NCBI GenBank assembly: GCA_964598995.1
Contig: CAZRDR010000021.1
Span: 537 to 64,536 of the forward strand
Reading direction: 5' to 3'
Length of the DNA: 64,000 nt
Origin: an uncultured Gammaproteobacteria bacterium
GTDB taxonomy: Bacteria > Patescibacteriota > Microgenomatia > Levybacterales > UBA12049
The notes below the pieces were generated by a model that saw only the letters and a program-made list of their open reading frames with translations, did not search any database and was not told where the DNA came from. The position numbers were made by a program, and so were the translations under genes. This document shows positions 60,376-64,000 of this stretch, in pieces. Position 1 is the first letter of the stretch. Every line of letters starts with the position of its first letter.

Positions 60376-60428
60376 ACGCGCATTATATCATTTCTCACAG
60401 CTATTGAAGTTTTGCTTTTTCTGTTAGT

Positions 60429-61361
60429 ATGAATTACGTGAAATTACTCAAAGCTCTCGTCTTTATCCTCTTCTCTTTTATAGTTCTCATTTCGCTTGTA
60501 GTAGTCTTATTGTATTCAATTCGTGAGAAGCAGACGACAGAACTGATTAACCCTATCGTGTCAAATGTCGTTAAACGTGCATATTCGATCCATTCACTCT
60601 TCACATCCGGAATTGAAAAAGTTGTTGACCAATCTCTTTCAAAGACAGATGGTACCTACAGCATCGTTGTTCGTAATATGAAAACAGGTGAATCCTACAG
60701 TCAAAACCCTGATCGTGTTTATGAGAGTGCCAGTCTCTATAAATTGTGGGTTATGGCATGTGTCTATCAGCAACTGAATTCTGGAAAATTAAAAAAATCT
60801 GACACGCTCACGGGGACTGTCGAGGATTTGAATCTATCATTTGGCATAGCCTCAACTGATGCAGAACTCACAACTGGGAAGATATCCTATACCGTAGGAG
60901 ATGCATTAACGAATATGATTACTGTTTCGGATAACTATTCAGCACTCCTTCTAGCCAAAAAAATTGGGATGAGTAATATAGCAAAGTTCCTCAATAGTCA
61001 GGGTCTTTCGTCCTCTCAAACGGGTAACCCTCCGACAACCACTGCATCAGATATTATGCAATTTTATTCCAAGCTCTATCATCATGAACTGATAAATTAC
61101 GAGAGTTCTGAGGAAATGATAGCTCTTCTCAGGGGACAAGCCATCAATGACCGTATTCCTAAATATTTACCAACTGGGATAAGTGTTGCTCATAAGACTG
61201 GGGAATTAGATGACTTTAAGCATGATGCAGGAATTGTTTATACCCCAAAAGGAGATTACATTATTGTTCTGCTTTCGCAAACCGATGACCCAGATCAAGC
61301 TTCAGAAATCATGGCAGAATTATCAAAGCAGATCTATCTTCACTTCATCTCATCCACTTAA
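60429..61361 (+). CDS. Class A beta-lactamase-fold serine hydrolase, TM-anchored
   Basis: SxxK (SLYK), SDN and HKTG motifs. Confidence 0.85.
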   Translation: MNYVKLLKALVFILFSFIVLISLVVVLLYSIREKQTTELINPIVSNVVKRAYSIHSLFTSGIEKVVDQSLSKTDGTYSIVVRNMKTGESYSQNPDRVYESASLYKLWVMACVYQQLNSGKLKKSDTLTGTVEDLNLSFGIASTDAELTTGKISYTVGDALTNMITVSDNYSALLLAKKIGMSNIAKFLNSQGLSSSQTGNPPTTTASDIMQFYSKLYHHELINYESSEEMIALLRGQAINDRIPKYLPTGISVAHKTGELDDFKHDAGIVYTPKGDYIIVLLSQTDDPDQASEIMAELSKQIYLHFISST

Positions 61362-62368
61362 TGGACAGTAGATGGTTTGACATTCTCTTCTTGATCTAAC
61401 GCATAATCAACGACAGCAAGTAAGAGAAGATTAATGGATAATCCAATAAGTGCCCTAAACTGTTCCTCATAAAAGGTGAAGAACTGCGTTACCAGAAGAA
61501 GGATAAGAATCGCAATTTTGAATATACGAAATCCTTGCTTCCGAGATTTACTCATCATAATGGCACCGATAAGAGCCACTATTAACGCAGCGCCGGATGA
61601 TAATATCTCTCCTGTTTCAGAAAACGACAATGTAGTTCTTGTTAATAGATACGAAAGAGAAGATAAGATAGTTAAAACTGATTCGATAGCAACGATAGCA
61701 ATTAACCCTCCTGTGAGAACCTTATTACGAAGTACCCTCGCATAAAGATCAGAAAGAAAGTGTTTTAACCTATTCAGCAGTGACGGCTGAGGAGCAGGAA
61801 TTGACTGTACTTGAGAAAAAAACTCTCGCAATGATTTCACTAACGGATCTTTCTGGTCACTTTTTTGGAGATATAACAGCGCTCTCTTTTTTTCTTCACT
61901 ATCTAAGTCGTTCATGACAGCTTCAGCGACCATCTCTAACGTATTAACGAGATATTCTTTAGGTGTGATCTTTTTATCTTTTGCTAAGGCTTTAGAAATA
62001 ATATAAATAAAGATAAAAATTACATATACGATTGCGATTGTTGGTTGAAAAAAATAATTATTATCACTTGTTACGAACTTACCTAGTTCATCGATAAACG
62101 CACCAAATCCTATTCCACCTAATATAGAAGCAAGACCCAGAATTCCCCGTCCGAGGAATGACAGAAGGAGGAGAAGTGACGTCAGCATAAAAAAACCACC
62201 CCATAACAGGTGGGCAATATGTAATCCAGAACCACTAAGCTGAGGATAATCAGTGATTTTCAGGAAGAACCGAATCACAAATATTGTAACAATTGATGCA
62301 ATAAGGAAATTCTCTCGTAAAAAATAACCATCGAGATTCTGAATAAAGTATTTTGAGAGTGGTCTCAT
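61358..62368 (-). CDS. Hypothetical membrane protein
   Basis: HIAHLLWGG, GFGAFIDELGKF; multiple TM segments. Confidence 0.75.
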   Translation of the reverse strand: MRPLSKYFIQNLDGYFLRENFLIASIVTIFVIRFFLKITDYPQLSGSGLHIAHLLWGGFFMLTSLLLLLSFLGRGILGLASILGGIGFGAFIDELGKFVTSDNNYFFQPTIAIVYVIFIFIYIISKALAKDKKITPKEYLVNTLEMVAEAVMNDLDSEEKKRALLYLQKSDQKDPLVKSLREFFSQVQSIPAPQPSLLNRLKHFLSDLYARVLRNKVLTGGLIAIVAIESVLTILSSLSYLLTRTTLSFSETGEILSSGAALIVALIGAIMMSKSRKQGFRIFKIAILILLLVTQFFTFYEEQFRALIGLSINLLLLAVVDYALDQEENVKPSTVH

Positions 62369-62451
62369 GCCCTCCTAGTATATCGCAAAATGCATTGCTG
62401 TGCTTGCATTCCGTGAAGTATTCTGTGTATGCTAATTATTAGATAACGACT

Positions 62452-63018
62452 ATGAGAAGACTGCCCGACAAAGAAGAACAAGTTATTGATCCTGCTGTTC
62501 AACGCATTTGGGAAGAAATCATCTATTCGATGGATCAATATACTCACGACAGTAGTCTATCTAAATTTTATCTGCCTGAGGAAATTCTTTCTCACTGCCG
62601 CTCAGCTGCAAATATTTTTACTCAGTTACTCTATACACCTATTCCTTCTCCAACTGAAGTCCAAAAAACTCGCCTTTATGGCATGCTTCATTTATCAATG
62701 ACCTGTGGTGTCCAAATTTATCTTAAGGAGCGCGCGCTCACTAAAGGTTACCTCCCGTATCGCATAACAACTGATGACAAAACAATTCGATCAGCTCGAA
62801 ATAAAATAGGGAGACTTCTTTCTGAAGGAATTAAAGTCCAGCCACCTGTGAGTCAGGTAATGGAATTATTTATCACTCAGCTCAATACTGATCACTATAT
62901 TAGGCGTTTTTCAATGAAAGGACGCGAATTTAACGCTGAGAAATTTGAAAATCTTCTCCCTGCAGCCATTATGTGGGGATATCTCCTCGCGCAAGAACTC
63001 ATCATTAATGAGAACTAA
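62452..63018 (+). CDS. Hypothetical protein
   Basis: 188-aa ORF filling the gap between flanking genes. Confidence 0.65.
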   Translation: MRRLPDKEEQVIDPAVQRIWEEIIYSMDQYTHDSSLSKFYLPEEILSHCRSAANIFTQLLYTPIPSPTEVQKTRLYGMLHLSMTCGVQIYLKERALTKGYLPYRITTDDKTIRSARNKIGRLLSEGIKVQPPVSQVMELFITQLNTDHYIRRFSMKGREFNAEKFENLLPAAIMWGYLLAQELIINEN

Positions 63019-63021
63019 CCT

Positions 63022-63363
63022 TTATCTATTCTTAACAAGAGCGTTAAGAAATGAGGATATAACTGCAATCACTAAGCTAAAGGCTAACGCCCACCAAAAT
63101 CCATCCACCGCAAAGCCTCGTACGACGTGACTAACGAGAAGAACAAGTAACGCATTAATAACAAAAGAAAAAAGCCCAAAGGTCAGAACAGTCAAAGGCA
63201 GCGTCAGAATAATAAGAAGCGGCTTAATTAATGTATTCACGACACCTAATACGATTGCAACGATCAGGGCTGTGACAAAACCATCCACATGAACTCCTGA
63301 GAGGACCTGAGATGCGACAAATATAGCTAAACCATTAACCAATAGATAGGTAATAATCCCCAT
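63022..63363 (-). CDS. 4-TM phage-holin-family (YvlD-like) membrane protein
   Basis: VNTLIKPLL.ILTLPL..LTFGLF.FVINA, GF.VDGFWWAL. Confidence 0.88.
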   Translation of the reverse strand: MGIITYLLVNGLAIFVASQVLSGVHVDGFVTALIVAIVLGVVNTLIKPLLIILTLPLTVLTFGLFSFVINALLVLLVSHVVRGFAVDGFWWALAFSLVIAVISSFLNALVKNR

Positions 63364-63469
63364 AGCTCTACCTTAACATAGCATATCCATACAGTCAAAC
63401 ATGGCTACCTCACATGAAATTTACTATTTTCATACGCTGTACACACTCTCATATGTTAGTGGTGGTAGT

Positions 63470-64000
63470 ATGGCATTGAGTCTCTATAACGATCATGTCC
63501 AACAGACCAAGCCCATTCCTCAGACATTACGTGTAAAATTACCTCCAACGTCTGTACAAAAGAATAAGCAAGATGGTCTCAAAGATGCGGCAAAAGAAAG
63601 TGTAAAAATTGAGCAGATCAACAATGATCGATTTAAGAATCTTGTTAGAGCATCAAATCAAACGCTTTATAAAGTGAAGACGGTCTTCCCTTTTGATTTT
63701 TTCCCAGACGAGATGAGTATTGAGATCACGCAAATTAATGTGATTAAACGCTATTTCTTCGCAACTGCTCATCTCCAAACGATTCCTATAAAAAATGTGG
63801 CTGATGTCTTTCTCGAGACGAGCCTCTTTTTCGCTTCGATAAAGATTATCGATAGTAGCTATATCGAGAACTCTATCCAGGTAGAGTACCTTAAAAAAGC
63901 TGATGCTTGTCGAGCACGCAAAGTTATCCAAGGCTTAGTTATCGCCAATAAAGAAGGAATTGATCTAGCAAAAGTTCCGCCAAAGTCTCTCCTTGATAAC
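63470..64000 (+). CDS. Hypothetical protein with a bacterial PH-like domain (runs off window end)
   Basis: Open frame from ATG 63470: ...KTVFPFDFFPDEMSIEITQINVIKRYFF...IPIKNVADVFLETSLFFASIKI...KVIQGL. Absent from the ORF track because it has no stop. Confidence 0.7.
   Translation, partial: MALSLYNDHVQQTKPIPQTLRVKLPPTSVQKNKQDGLKDAAKESVKIEQINNDRFKNLVRASNQTLYKVKTVFPFDFFPDEMSIEITQINVIKRYFFATAHLQTIPIKNVADVFLETSLFFASIKIIDSSYIENSIQVEYLKKADACRARKVIQGLVIANKEGIDLAKVPPKSLLDN

Noticed and set aside
60429-61361. True class A beta-lactamase (resistance gene)
   Set aside because: It is TM-anchored, and the segment after SDN is short and lacks an ExxLN omega-loop glutamate, so a cell-wall peptidase is more likely.
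63022-63363. Holin as a sign of prophage
   Set aside because: This YvlD-like 4-TM family is commonly chromosomal, and there are no phage genes nearby.
199-63931. Numerous short ORF-track entries antisense to, or out of frame within, larger genes (e.g. 2295-2612, 11625-11918, 27568-27978, 39854-40171, 63653-63931)
   Set aside because: They are shadow ORFs overlapping well-supported genes or rnpB and carry no motifs of their own.
1-64000. CRISPR array, transposase, integrase or prophage
   Set aside because: No regularly spaced DNA repeats or mobile-element motifs were seen. The tRNA-Pro 3' end is not visibly duplicated in the window, judged by eye.

Overview
This 64-kb window is gene-dense bacterial chromosome that looks like a Patescibacteria/CPR genome, probably Microgenomates. 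That assignment is an inference from the CPR-style pilin, the short HrcA, DnaJ and RNase Y proteins, the many Pro/Thr-linker membrane-anchored orphan proteins, and the absence of amino-acid, nucleotide or cofactor biosynthetic operons. I found no CRISPR array, prophage or intact IS element. The left end is a CIRCE-controlled hrcA-grpE-dnaK-(PHP)-dnaJ cluster. It continues on the same strand into a VirB2/TrbC-like pilin, a 1765-aa VirB6/TrbL-like membrane protein with three tandem ~385-aa modules, an atypical Clp ATPase with no M-domain and no ClpP-docking loop, a small membrane protein, and a second, membrane-anchored Clp ATPase cut by the window edge. The middle holds metG (with a TA-flanked structured leader), tatD, a surface-glycosylation cluster, lysS fused to a B3/4 editing domain, a four-segment attenuator with a Lys-Lys leader peptide, murB, greA, tsaD, rmuC, a UvrD-nuclease, RNase P RNA, and an ABC-2 operon with duplicated permeases, one of them frameshifted. 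The right end has HU, rny, recX, recA, tRNA-Pro(GGG) with a structured upstream RNA, Nudix genes, an FKBP, hflX, an ABC exporter and obgE. Many genes appear to be leaderless. The best leads are the pilin/VirB6-like giant/dual-Clp module, the lysine-type attenuator and the LysRS-B3/4 fusion. All family assignments come from reading motifs by eye; no database searches were run.
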